Source: Isurus oxyrinchus | Lineage: Eukaryota | Length of the DNA: 64,000 nucleotides | NCBI GenBank assembly: GCA_026770705.1 | Contig: JANJGN010000027.1 | Coordinates: 19,096,001-19,160,000 of the forward strand | Reading direction: 5' to 3' | Shown here: positions 28,245 through 41,956 of the stretch, piece by piece | Position numbering within the stretch: position 1 is the first letter of the stretch | Layout: every line of letters begins with the position of its first letter | Position numbers and translations under genes: made by a program | Notes under the pieces: model-generated | The model's database searches: none | What the model was told of the DNA's origin: nothing | What the model saw: only the letters and a program-made list of their open reading frames with translations

Positions 28245-31200
28245 CTGACAAGTATGAAAGAGGAGATACATTAAAAACAAATTTGAACTAAGCATCTGCA
28301 TTGTCAGAAATTATTTTTGGTAACATTTTACAACTTCTTTTCCCTGTTCTATTTTTAAAAAATACTTGAATCAAATTTTACTGACAAGTCTACTGACTAA
28401 AATATATAATCAGATGTTACAGTGGTACCAGTAGTCACCAGCCAATAGGGATGCAGAACTAATAATCTCCAACGAGGTAACAGTCTAAAAAGCTGTACTA
28501 TACACCTGTGCTTGTAGTTCATTATCTGGGATGCTGGCAAGTCACTCAGAAGCAATCTGCATTAGTACAAATTGTACAGATAACAAACACACTCGCAACC
28601 TTATGACTCTGTTGCAAGGTTTAGTGCTTATAATTGAATTGATGGTAACAACTTACACATCTGTTCCTTAAGCAATCTTTTAACAACCTGAACAATATGA
28701 TGTATTCCAGGAACATAAACGGTGTCAAACTAGATACCAACCAAAGAGCAAATTTCCCAAATTCTGTTTTAAATATAATTGACCATTTAACGAGAAATCA
28801 AATCATGCTTAAAAAGAAACCTATGCATTTTCCCACTCCTCTCACCACTTTGATATTCTCCTATTGTCTGCAAGTTTTTCAGTCTCTCACTCTATGCTCC
28901 AATTGAGAGGATGAGTTCTTCAAGGGTCCTAAAAAAGGTGATCTGGATCCATATATTAAGGGACAACCTAGCTGGAAGTTTCAGGACTTTCATGCTATTT
29001 TTTTTATAAACTTGCTATCCATTTGGGAAGTGCCTGGCCACTATTCACCACCTGTACCTCAGCGTGGCTAAGCTAGGGAATGCAGTGTGTGCAAAAAGCC
29101 AAGGTCCAGCCCCATTTCCTTCATTTCTGAGGTGCGGTAGACAGAAGATTAAAGTGATTTGCTACCAGGAAACCAGACCTTTTTTCCTTATTTACTCAGC
29201 AATGCAACCTTCTCTCTTGCTAACTTCAGCTCCCATGCTGCATCCTCAACACCAAGGGGTTAACATTGTTACCTGCAAAATGGGCAACTAAGCAGCAGCG
29301 AGATTTCCCATTGAAAATGAATCTAGCTACAAGCTCTCTAAGGTTGCAAAATGTTGTCCTCTGGTTTGCTAGTCAGAATTGTATTTAGCAATATCGTGCT
29401 CTCCACAATGGGCCCCCACCTTGAAAATAATAACCAGTACAGAGTCACAAACTCTGCAGTCTATGCTTTGTGCTGACACTCATCATTACAAGCTCAATTT
29501 CTGCACGGCAGCAATGGAGTGCACTGATTTAGTGGGAGAAACCCCATTGAAATTAAACTGGGTTAGTGCTCCTTTAATACTGGCCAACATGGCACACAGA
29601 CCTAATTCTTGAGCCGAGGTTTCAGTCACATGACTCCCTTGAAGGCTCCACCCCCTTTCTAGCCTACCTCCCATCAAGCACACAAGATAAAAAATAGCCA
29701 GTGGTATTGAGAATACTGAATAAAAGTAACTTCTGAAAAGAAAATTTGTCCGTCCATCAAATAATTTTAGCTGAAATTAATAAATGGTGACGTCAATTAC
29801 AGTTCGATTGATGCCAAATCTTAAGGTGCCTTTCCTACAATCTCTGGCAGGATAATAACAGGGCCTAAGTGGAAATAATGTGTGACTCATGCATGCTTCA
29901 TTAATGTGTGCAGTAATTGTAATAAATAGTGCCCTGTGAACAATAGCAAATTATTTGGGTTAATTCAATATTTGGAAAAGTGCTTGAGAGATCAACAATA
30001 ATACAAATAAATATTTATAGAAAACATTGTGCCATATTTAATTATGAGCATCTCCTCATGAATGACTTGTTAAAAATAATTCTTTTGCAGTATTTATCAC
30101 GTTCCACTAATGACTTTGCAAATTCGATAAGAAGTTGAGCATTGAGGGTTTTTGAAAACTCAGATTAAATCCTTACAACAGACTGGAGTTCTGAACCAAG
30201 CATCCAAACCTGAGGAAATGTAATGTGTTTTAGATTTCTCCTGTTACTGGGTAATTAGACAGGGTTAATTCATTTCATCTGGTCATTATTACAAATCTTA
30301 CTGAACTGATTGTCAAGCATCAGAAAATGTCAGAATAACTTATTGAGTTCATTTCACTTTTAATATAAGCCAATGGCTTTTTTGAAAAATATTGCACTTC
30401 CACATTAATGAGGACACTTCCTGAAATCTTTGGACAACAGCAGCAAAATCCCCAAACTAGCTTAGAGCAATCCGTAGAGGTTGATTCTAACGTCAGCTGC
30501 TGCTTAGATTCAAACCCCCGCACCGATAACTCCTGGATTCATCTGCGTGTTGTCAAACATGTACAGCATTAGTTTGAGAATTCGCAGGGTGGCAGTTTCA
30601 CTGAGGATCCAGAATGATCCAGACGGCTGCTGTCTATTTACGCACGGTAAGGCAAATGATGTGCTTGCCGTGCATTTTTTCTCAGTTATGCAATGACTGG
30701 TTAGCAATTGAAAAGATAACATATGAGAACATATTCCTATTTTTATCAGTAACCATGCTTCCTCAGCCTCATTATTTATATTTCCCAGCTTGTTCAATTT
30801 TGGAGTTTAAAAGCCTTTGTCTCATCACTGGTAAAGGGAATGATGTAAAACATTGCTAGAGAATATCTCTCTGGATATGGTCAGCTACAATCATTTAGAT
30901 GTTGTGCTTTATAGGTGTTGTAGATGGACTGTTGCATTTCCCTATATGTGAAATAAGAACTGGTCATACTCTGATGTCCATTCAAATCTGGTGTCCATCA
31001 GTTATATTCCTTTGTACAATCTAGAGAGTTAATAATTTTAACATAAAAAGGCTTCAGAAAGGTACATTGAGATCTTTGATACTGTATTTAGGGTCAAATG
31101 CTACAGAATGTTCTTGTCACTTGTGCAGAATAAATAGGAGGTAAGGAAATAAGCAGTCTATTTACTCTAATGTCAAAGGGCATTTGCCCGTGTGAGAGAC

Positions 31201-31228
31201 TGTGTGTGTGTGTGTGTGTGTGTGAGTG
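31201..31228. repeat. (TG)n microsatellite
   Basis: tgtgtgtgtgtgtgtgtgtgtgtgagtg. Confidence 0.9.
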
Positions 31229-31532
31229 TATAAACACAGGGTTCTCTGATGCTTTATTCCTTAAGTAGTAGCACCACCTGCTGTTTATTACATTCATCTT
31301 ATACTCTACCACACTCCACCATCTATCTATTGCTTTAAGTTTAAATGAAAAACAATTACCAGGTATGGCAGCAATGGTTACATTTGACACATTGAGGCAA
31401 TGCACAACACTATTAAGAGAAACAGTTCCATTTAATTAGTTAATTTTTTTAAAAGCATAATTCTAAACTAAAAAGCACAGTGCACTGATTACTTGAACAA
31501 CTAATGGCTAAAATACTCAACTATTTAAGTAT

Positions 31533-31659
31533 GGGTGGAATTTTACGGCACCTCCCACAGGCGGGCTTTTCCAGTCCCGCCGAAGTCAATGGACTTTTGA
31601 ATGGCTTGCTGCATTTGCTGGCCTCACCCCTGCTATGAAGGGGCCGTAGAAGTCCACCC
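31533..31659. mobile_element. 127-bp Harbinger-type MITE
   Basis: TIRs gggtggaattttacgg / ccgtagaagtccaccc; the left TIR is the reverse complement of the 6613-6625 Harbinger end. Confidence 0.75.
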
Positions 31660-34600
31660 TTTACTTATTTTCACAAGAATTGTTTCTTTAGTGCGTATCT
31701 AATCTCCTATCCCTGGAACATAGCCTTTTGAAATCTAAATGAAGCATTCTAAATGATAGATAATGCATATTAAAAACAGTATCCATATTTGGGGTTGCTG
31801 AGCAGTCCTCAAACAATACCACAGTCCATGTCATTGCACTTTTTAGCTCAACCACCACATTGTTGCTCTCACACTACAACAATGCATAACTGTAAGAAAG
31901 CACATACAGCTTTTAATGTAGCAATAAAGAGGCACAGGCTATCAAAAAAGCAAATAGACAGGAGAGAGTAAATCCAATCTTTGGTCCCGATAATGTTCAT
32001 GGAAACATCTGAATGCTGCCCTCCTCATGGTTTTACTGGCACCATTAGAAACGCTTGCTCTACCTGAAGGATTGTGGCTTTGTCTCAGGTACCCGTGTAA
32101 CTGTCTGGACTCCATTTCAGCTTCATACAAAGATCATTTTTAGAACCCTTAAGATTACGCTCTTGCGTAATATGTTCGGAGATTGAGCAGACTGGAAATC
32201 AGGATGGAGTAGTGGAAGTGACAGAGGATGGCTCAGCAGGCATTTCGAATACGTCCAGCAATTATTTTTGATCAATGGGCAGAACAGCACTTGAAGACTT
32301 GCCACAAGCGGCAGCTCAAAGGAGCCAGAGCTTTGCTGACGCTGCTGGCATCTGCACTTGAAGATTCGGCAGAAAGGAGCTGCTGATATAGATACTCTTC
32401 CTCTGCATGTTTCAACTACAACTTCCCTCCGCCGAGCTCCCCAATGCCTCATTACAATTCTCCAGAGAGTAGCTGAAGCATAACTACTAGGAAGGTCCTG
32501 TGTCTGATCTCAAGTCTGTGTCGTGTTAACTTATTTCAGGCATGGGGGCGACCCAACCACTCTGGGTTAGAGAGGCACAAATTGGGTTTCCGTTATTGAT
32601 AGGGGCACGTGTTTAAATGTTGAGCTGGGGACATTATGTAATTGTTTCCCACATGCTTGTTCATACTCCCTGTCAAGATAAATAATAACCACTCGAACAA
32701 AACACTGGAGGGTGACCAGCACCTGTGTAACCATACCGTGTTTGGACAGAACCTTAAAGAATTGGAGAGAAAAAAATCTAATTTAAAGGCCAGAGCTTCA
32801 GCTAAAGGGCCCAGATATTTGACCTTATTTGTGTCGACTCAGGCACAAGCCAGGGACATAAACGAACAGGCTTAAGATTCAAAGGATCAATATCAGCCAT
32901 TTTTTCTGAGCGAACCTTGATTATGGCTGATCCTGATATCACTGAAATCTAATTGACAAAGTGGTTGCAAAAAAAAACTAAAATAGGTAATCACTGCACT
33001 CCAACTAGAAGGATAAATCTAAAGGAATGGAAGCAAACCATAGACGGGCAGGGTAGTTGGGTTAAGGGGAGAACATGGGGAAAAATAAGTCAAACAGGAG
33101 GCAAAAGGTACAGGGATAAATTAATTGTTGACACACCAATGACTTACTTGAGCTGATATATCCGTTATAGCCATATTTTGCTAAAGACAATGCAAAAAAA
33201 TGACAGTTAAAAGATGCGGAAAACAAGAGTCATGTTTCATGAAAGGTCAATGAGAAGCACAGGGAACTTTAAGTTTCAAAAAGTCAGGATTGGTAATGCT
33301 TTCTGCCCACTGCCTCCCCATATATGTTGTATTGCTTTTTGTGCTTGTCTCCATATACAAATTAGTTCTTAAGCCAAGTGATCACTGATGTATAATGGGC
33401 AAAATTCCCAGCAATATATTCAACAGTACCACGAAAGGTATGCTGAAAATGACATGTCGCATATCCTATAGTGAGCATCAGAGGTCCTAGAGCCAATACA
33501 AACATTCTTTCACTGGATCGGTACCATTGAGGAGAAATGCCAAGGTGCGCCAATCTCTATTAAGCTTGTTGTAAAGTATGGTAAGTGTTTCCATGCCCTA
33601 TCCCTTGCCCCACACCCCATTAATACCAACAGGTGGAAAGGGGCTTATGATGCTGGGCAGCAGGCATAGCACCTTCTGAAGTCAAATATAACTACGCAAT
33701 TGCACCACAGCATTTCTGTCATTTACAAACTGAACCAGAGAGATTGCTGGGGAAATTCCTTAAAAGTAGAACATAGAACAATGAAGGGGTTGTGAAGAGG
33801 AGAAAAATATGTTTTTTTATGAAAGGAGTAATCTCTACGGTGAAGCAACAGGTCATCTTTTTTAAAGGCCAAAACTGAAAGAATTCTGATGGAAAATGAG
33901 TTCAATCCCAATTATGCTGAAGAAACTTAACGATAGAGAACAGCAGTGCTATATTGACCAAGTAAAGGGATAAACTAATTGTTTACAAACCAATGACTTA
34001 CATGAGCTGATACATCTGACAGACAGCACCACATTGTTCCTTTGCAATCTAAGTAGCTTTTGCTTTTCTGTATGGTGTTCCACTCTGGAGCTAATGTTAG
34101 CAGAAGAACTGCCTCACTAAAATTATTGAATTCAGTGCTGACAAGTGCGATTGCTGTCTGCATCTAGATAGCCTGGGTGGAACTCTGTTTCTAATGCAGG
34201 CTGACTTGAGGGAAGGAACAGGAGCTGAAATTTGCTTTGAGCCTGCTCTGGATGAAGGTTTGTGCTTCTCCATAAAAGCTTTTGTTTTATTCACAAAAGG
34301 TCACTCTTTGGACTGAAGGCAGGAATGTGACAGAAATGTTCCTGGGAAACAGTTCTTGTCCTGGCATCTGTCGCTTGGAATAGTCCGGAGTGAAAGGGCT
34401 CCGAAAAATAACTGCTGAGCATCTGTCTTGCACAAAAAATGTTGCAAGAAGAATCTGCTGCCTGGTGGTAAGAAACTGTCAGGGTGAGTTTCATGACAAC
34501 CAGCAGCACTCAGAAAATGAAAACGCAAACATAATTTCCATGTCACCACATATAAACCCTCCACTGAATTCACAGCAGAAGATGCAGACAGCATCATTTC

Positions 34601-35304
34601 CAGCCTGTCCACATCACAACAAACCACTCGCTGTTTAGTTTCCAGTGACCCTGGTAAGAAACACTGTAGTAACAAGCCCACACTAACAACCGCCTTCAGC
34701 AATAGAAATTCCTGACCTCTCTTCTTAAAGCTCCAGTCTCTCTTCCAGTTGGCTTACACAGGTTGTCTCCTTAATGTCATTTTGATGTAATGCCCCCTTT
34801 AAAATGTTTGCATGGCATTAAGAAGAGGTTTGCAGCACATAGAAAGAAACAGGGCATTATTTCCCATAGTTTAACTGCACCGATACTTCATGTATTATTT
34901 GGATAACAAACAGTACCAAACAGCTTGAAATTACTTTGATCTATTGTTACACATGAATAGGTGCACATACTAACGCAATCAAAGTTTCCCTCCAAGAAAT
35001 ACTCTATTCTCACTTGGCTATATATGGAATTCCATACTAAACACCACCATTGTGAAGACTAACTCAAGGTGCCCCATCGCCGCCTTGTTAGTGTATCTAC
35101 AGGATGGGCAACAAATGTAGCTTTGCAAAAGTCATTCACATCCCGAGAACAAACATTACAAAATAGGCTCATACAAAAAAAAGGCACCTGGGGTTAGCAA
35201 TTTCATCTTTGCAGTATTTACCTGTCTTTTTAACTGAAGCCAAAAAGCTGGTCTGTCCTCAGCCATAATCCCTGCAACCTATTCCAACTTTGTATAAGAA
35301 TGAA

Positions 35305-37095
35305 AAACAGAATACTGTGCATGTTGGAAATCTGAAATAAAAGCAAAATGCTGAAGATGCTCAGCAGGATAGGCAGCAAACGTGAAGAGAAATAGAGTTA
35401 ACATTTCATACAGGTCTGTGGCCTTCCATCAGAGAAATTCAATAGGGTTTGAGCAAGGGAAGGGTTGGGCAAAGACAATAGGAAGGTCTGTGTTAGGGTG
35501 CCACACAGGAGAGGTTTAATGATAGAAGAGTTTGTCTTAGGGCCTAAGGGAATGGCCAAAGGGAATAACCCAGCCCTTGCTCAAAACCCATTAAATTTCT
35601 AACTTTGCCCAGTTCTGATGAAAGGCCAGAGGCCTGAAATGTTGACCTGAATTTTCATGCCGATGGAGAATCTCTACATCTTTGTGAAAATAGTACCAGA
35701 GGCCCAAATTGGAAGGCCTGCCCGTGAACCTGGTCCTCATCATTTTCGCAGAAGGGGGCAATAGGGGCAGGTCAAACTTTGCACACCCATAGTTCACAGG
35801 GGAACTGATTTTCACTAGGAGAGAGTGGGAAATAGGACTTGTGCACGTTATAACTGGCAGGATAAGGTCTAAACTTACAGAGGTATTTGGAGAAGCAGGG
35901 TCCCCTGTTGAATATAGTCTCTGAACATCTTTGCAAGAGGTCAGTGCCCTTTGGGAGAGGTAAAGTGCCCTTTGGGATTGTTCAAAGTAGACATGAATGT
36001 GTGTAAAAAGTGGATAACTCATTGGAACTGTCAAATACATTGGAGCTGTCAAAGGGAGCTGTCAAGGGAACTGTCAAAGCTCATTGGAACTGTCAGGCTA
36101 TCAAGAGATTTAAATATCTAAGCCTTGAAATTAAAATAAAAGCAGTCAGCAGGTTTAAGGAAAGTTACTGGATGCTATTTCACTCTGTCTGTCAACACAG
36201 GCCTGAGGGTTTTCGTTATTAATTATAGAATTAGTGCTGCATGACTGATTTCACAATCTATCACCACCACAGTGGGGCACTTGTCAGTTCATAGTTTGAT
36301 TGACAGCTCCATGTGGTTATAAAGTCTCTGATGTGGGGCTGTGAAAAGAAATGCTTGTTGTTATAAGGGATTAAATGGCTGAGGGATTTTAATGTAGTGA
36401 ATGGTTTTTTATCAATGAGAGTATTTTTTGTAAATAGTGAATTCATCAATAGACACTTAGAACTTTATTTTATTTTCTCAACATAGGTCCTGAGGTCTGC
36501 CCGTGCTAGATACTGGATGAGTTGGCACAGAAGGTAGAAGGGCATAGGATGGTGTGTGGGAGGCATGGGTTGGCACTAAGTTAGCATGGGGCTATAATGG
36601 GCCATGGGGAGTTGGTAGAGGGGCATAGGTTGGCATGGAAGGCATGAGAGGACAGGGAGTTGTTAGAGATGCATGGTTTGGCATTGAGGGTATGAGTGAC
36701 CATGGGCATGGGTAGGGCATGAGGTGACATGGGGAATGTGTGGGGGTTGAGGGCTAGAGGGCTGTTCTTTGTTTTATTGTTTTTTTTGCAGCTAGGGCAA
36801 AGTGCTGGATCACTGAGGCCAGCCATTTGCTAGCTCACCTCGGCACCCAGCAGCACCTATGCTATGTCTAAACTGTTTCCCGGGACAGTGGGCCCGACTC
36901 CTATATAACCTGGCCACCCTGGAATGAAAGTCCAAACTTTGGGGGCACTTTCTCCCAAGTCTAGTTTGTGCAGCCGGAATTCTCTCGACTTTGCACTGCC
37001 AAATCAGGAGCGAAAATTCAGGCCGTTAACTCTGTTTATTCTCTCCACGGATGCTGCAAGTCTGCTGAATATTTCCAGCATTTTCTGATTTCATA
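35305..37095. mobile_element. Penelope-derived inverted fragment interrupted by a 1.38-kb Harbinger-type element (35644..37024)
   Basis: Penelope arms at 35305-35435 and at 35605-35643 plus 37025-37095. Insert TIRs gacctgaattttc / gaaaattcaggcc with a GTT duplication. Internal ggaactgtcaa tandem units at about 36020-36095. Confidence 0.75.
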
Positions 37096-40000
37096 TAAGA
37101 ATGACTTGCTGCCATTTCTCCTAAACAGGTTCCCTACAAACTGGAACCATAACCAAAGCACCTGATGCTTTGACATGTGTATAACATGGAAACATAAGCA
37201 GATAAACCCACTCGAATTTATTGTGTAAGTAAAGCAATTGTTTGGAGTTGAGTTCTTGGGATCATTGTAGAATGGAACAAATTAGAGTAACTAGTAGAGC
37301 TGTTACAGCATTTATTCATCCCAAATCCTATAAGCATTTCCTGTATCTTATAGGTCACATTGGTACCCCAGATTTAATAAGTAAGGGGTAAGTGAACATA
37401 TGAACTTAATATTCACATTTGTACAGCATATGCATGTGAACTCTAACCTTTTTATGTATTTATTGCTAAAATGGTAGGACAAACGCAAAGTGTGCTTTTT
37501 TATCACTGTGTCTGCTTTACTTTCTTGATTGCTCAATGTCAGGAGATGCTTGTTAAGTAAACACACAGTAGATTCACCTGTATAATGTGAGTCTGTGCAA
37601 GGTGTCTTCTACTAAAATCATGTGGTGAAACAGTGTGCTGTAGCCACATCTGTGACTAGTCAGCACTTTTTTATGCTGCTTTAAAAGGTTTAATAAGAGA
37701 TGATCGGGGGATGAGATGAGGTTTCTGTAGCTAACACTACTGCTGCTGCACCCTGTTGATATGTGCTAGCATGTTGGTATGTTTGTACCTCTGCAATATG
37801 ATATATTCTGCCACCTGCCAAATATTTTGCACGCTTGACAAAATAATGAGTTGCTCTCTATGGACCAATAACATTTCTACAGTTTAACTTATTCAGAGTT
37901 CAACGGCATAATTGTGTTGATGAATACACCTTTAGCTTGTGCTAATGCTAAAGCATTTGCATCAATCATTCCAACAGGAATTACTGTGTAAGTAAAAGAC
38001 AGAAAGACAATGTGTGTGACTATGTTCCTGCTCATCCTTTTCCCAATAGCCTCCCTCATTTCCAATCTAGTATAAAATAATGAAACGTGAGTCAATTATG
38101 ATTTTAATCTACTACTAAACTAATCCATATCCTTTGAGGGCAGGATTTGTTAATATTGTACTGCTACAGCAACAGTACCATTCAACCAAGTCATCTAAAT
38201 GACAGTGTGATTAAAAAATTACTGTGGAGCTGTGAAAATTGTGAACTGGGTGGAGCAATTAAATAGCCCAGTGCCCTTCCAACCATGGGTCGAAGAATCA
38301 AGTCCAACCTAGGCTGCTGGGATAAATAATTTCCCTTCATTGTACTTGTAATCTCAACCAAGTTCTTATTGGGCATGAGCCCACATCTACGAAAATGGAC
38401 AATAATTTGGACAACTATTGGCCATCACACCAAGTGTGGGTGATGATAGCTACTATGCAGGTAGCTGTGTTCCGCATGCTCAGTACTGACATCCTTCATC
38501 ACAATGAGCATAAAGACTCAATATTCGTCCTATACCCTGCACACAGAAAGTGAAAATATTTGTAATGGAAGAACCAAGTCTTGTATGGGTAACATTTATT
38601 ATACAAAATATAATATTGTGCAAGAACTGGGTGGATATATGAATTATATCTCCTGTGATTTATGGCCTGAAGGCAGTAAGGAAGGAATTGGTTTTGTGGC
38701 ATGAACATGCGTGAAGTGGATATCTTAAAACAGAGCCCCAAGCTTCATACCAAATTGGACATTTTGAGCCTCACCTCCATAAAACTGGTGAACTGCAGAT
38801 GTAAATCGGGCATTGTAACGCAGCTCATCAGTCAGAGAATTCCCAAAATTGTCCCATTATGACAACAAGGGCCTGTGGGTACGTTCTGAAGTGGGGAGGG
38901 TGAAGCCAAAAGTATTTTTGTTCCTCCTGGCTCGACATTGAGGCAAGCTTAAAAAAATAAACTTTCTTTTACATTCGCAGCCCCCAGTGATCACTTTAAG
39001 GACCACTGGCTAGGCTGTGGTGCAACTGGAAAACCTGGGCAGACCAAATGTAGTGCACACTCCACGATGTTTTGGACAAATTAGCCAGGGAGATCCTAAT
39101 ATTGCCTCTAGGCTCCTTGATTAGCAAAACCAAGAGAAGGAAATCAGCTGTCCTTTCTTGGTCTGGCCTACATTGGACCAGGTCCCCACATTACATGCTT
39201 GAACTGCCCTCTGAAATGATCTGGCAAGCAATTCAGTTATATCAAACTGATAGAGGGTATCCCAGTACCATTATCTCAGGACAAGCAGGGATGGGCAAAA
39301 TATGGAGGCCTTACCAGTGACACCCACATCCCAGTGGGAAAAGAAAACAGGATTGGTGAATATTGATCAATGCTTGGGACCTTGATGTATTCTGTCCCTA
39401 ACCCAGGAGCACTGAGAATTAGTAGAGCAATTGTAATATCCCATTTACTGGCCTGGCTGAGCTCAAGCAACTCCAGCACACTCTGTTTTAAACTCAGAAA
39501 TGAGCAGGGATCAGAGCAAGATCTCTCTCCTAGCAGTCCCTTGAAGTGAGGAGGATGCTTGCCACAAAGCCCGTGGCATGAGCTTGCGTATGGAGTCTTT
39601 TAACATGGGGAGGCTGTTTTGCTGCAACTACCACATGGTTCTGGCTAACCAGGAAACTCTCCCATTCTTACTGCCTGCCATAGACGTGTCGGAAGGATTT
39701 ACACTTAGACAATCAACCTTCTAGGCCACACCACAAATGCACCTTTCATGGCCATCAAGTCCTGGGGTGGGACTTGAACCCAGAGGTAGGGACAGTACCC
39801 AATGCACCACAAAACTTCTGTGGAGCAAGATCTACTTGGTCCACATAGCTCATTGATTCAATAGGTAAACTGGTGAGCCACTAGAGAACTACCCTGTGTG
39901 ATTTTAAACAGTGGTGCTCGGATGATGGTGCATGTAAGTAGAAGTTTATAGAAAATGTCATATTATTTAATCTCTTTGTAATGTTTGTTCTTTTCAGTTC

Positions 40001-40524
40001 TTCAAATGCTAACAAAACTGGAATAAAAGTCAGATTGAATAAGATTAAAATAAAACATTGGCAGTTGGTCTAGCATCAAGACTAGCTCACTCCAACTATA
40101 TGCAGCCAATCCCAATAAAGACATAACCAATCTGCCAAGTACTGCTCTACTTGGCTCAAGACTGTGCTTCGATCAGGGTTTCCATTTAATAAGAGTGGAT
40201 AGGAATGGTACTCTGTAATTATCTACTTGGAACAGGATTCCTGAACAACATCAACAAATGGAAATGGTAACCATAAGGGTAAAGGTTCTTATGCAACAGC
40301 AATGAATGGGACTGATATATTGTAAGGACATACATACAGTAGCTGTGGTTACAGACGTACACTGTAACTCTGCAGCTGGGCAGGGTCTCGTGTACAATAA
40401 TGGTAACTGGAAACGGTACATTGCAACTCTGTACCTCAGTCAGTATTCATAAGAAATAGGAATTATACACTCCAGTTCTGCACTTGGAACAAGGTTTGTA
40501 CACAACAGGAGTGTATTATTGGAA

Positions 40525-40756
40525 TAAAAACAAAGAGAACTGCGGATGCTGGAAATCCAAAACAAAAACAGAATTACCTGGAAAAACTCAGCAGGTCTGG
40601 CAGCATCGGCGGAGAAGAAAAGAGTTGACGTTTCGAGTCCTCATGACCCTTCGACAGTTCTGTCGAAGGGTCATGAGGACTCGAAACATCAACTCTTTTC
40701 TTCTCCGCCGATGCTGCCAGACCTGCTGAGTTTTTCCAGGTAATTCTGTTTTTGTT
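40525..40756. mobile_element. Young Penelope-derived hairpin insertion with a 14-bp TSD
   Basis: Arms 40561-40657 and 40660-40756 are reverse complements with one mismatch. TSD gtgtattattggaa at 40511-40524 and 40757-40770. Confidence 0.88.
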
Positions 40757-41184
40757 GTGTATTATTGGAAGTTCATTAATGTGTCTTCACTGTTAGTAGC
40801 CCACTTTTCTCTGATTAGTTTTCAGCAATTTTATTTTACTATAAATCAGATATAAATTCCCTCTCTATGATCCCATCAGAAAGTTGACTACAGCTTATCA
40901 ATCCCTTTGGCAACATGTAGATAGAATTAAATATTGTTGTTTCGCTTCAAGAGCCCTTGACAGCAACTATTTATTCACAATGTGTTTTTGGAAACTGATT
41001 TTCTTAATTGGCCATGGTTTTACTCTTCTTAAAATTGCCCACTATTTAACAAACATTCTTGTTCTGCTCTCGCTGAAACAAGAACCATCAGGGCAGAGAG
41101 TGTGTATGGTCAATTTGCTCCCAGCCCACTCCCAGAGTTGCTCATAACCAACCACCAGGAAGTGTCGAAGTGAACTGGTTACAA

Positions 41185-41955
41185 GATAGAAATGTAAGGA
41201 ACAGAATTAGGCCATTCAGCCCCTCAAGCTTGCTCTGCCATTCAATGAGATTATGGTTGATTTGTAACTCAACTCCATTTTCCTGCCTTTGCTCTAAATC
41301 CCTTGATACCATCATGTTACAAAAATCTATTGGTTCCCCCCCACCACTGAAGGCAGGAATGAATTTGTGTGGGGTGGGGTGGGGGGCAGGGGGTGAAAAT
41401 GCTGGCACTGCTGGCGTGGCAGTTGAAAGACGTCTTCCCGGCGCTGGACATTTCGCAAGAGCTGAGTTTGGAGCCTGGGAAGGCAGCCCACCCCCATGAG
41501 GCGGTTAGGCAATCAGGTCCATTAAGAGCCTTGTTGAAGGTAAGTTTAGGAGGCTGACTGGGATTTTCCAGTCATTTCCCGATGTGACAGATCAACAGCC
41601 TGGCAGGCACCCAGTGGCATGCTGGAGTGCCAGTGTCCCTGGCAGGGTTAGAGGCAATGCTGTCTGACTGGGTGGGGTACAGCAAAAGACCACCCTGAGA
41701 GACTCCCCGCCCCTCCCTTCCCACAGTGATGAACTGGCTGTTTTTTTAAATTAAAGTTTTCAACACGTGGCTGAAAGTGTACCTTCTTGTTTAAGTGCCC
41801 TCTAGGTTATTTACCTTGTACTACAGCTGGGTGCTTCTCTGAAGTCAGAAGGCCGCTAATTGGCTCTCCAGCTTTGAAATCCATTCCCCCACCCTTAATT
41901 GGATAGGAAACCTGTCTCCATATCAATGAAGGGATCCACCCATTTGAAAATCCCA
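41185..41955. mobile_element. CR1-like tail (about 41185-41330, minus) followed by a degenerate Harbinger-type MITE
   Basis: aggccattcagcccctcaagcttgctctgccattcaatgag, then a GC-rich element ending tgaaaatccc. Confidence 0.5.
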
Positions 41956-41956
41956 T

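Noticed and set aside
36020-36095. Short ggaactgtcaa repeats as a CRISPR-like or regulatory array
   Set aside because: Eukaryotic DNA; irregular minisatellite with no unique spacers, lying inside a MITE.
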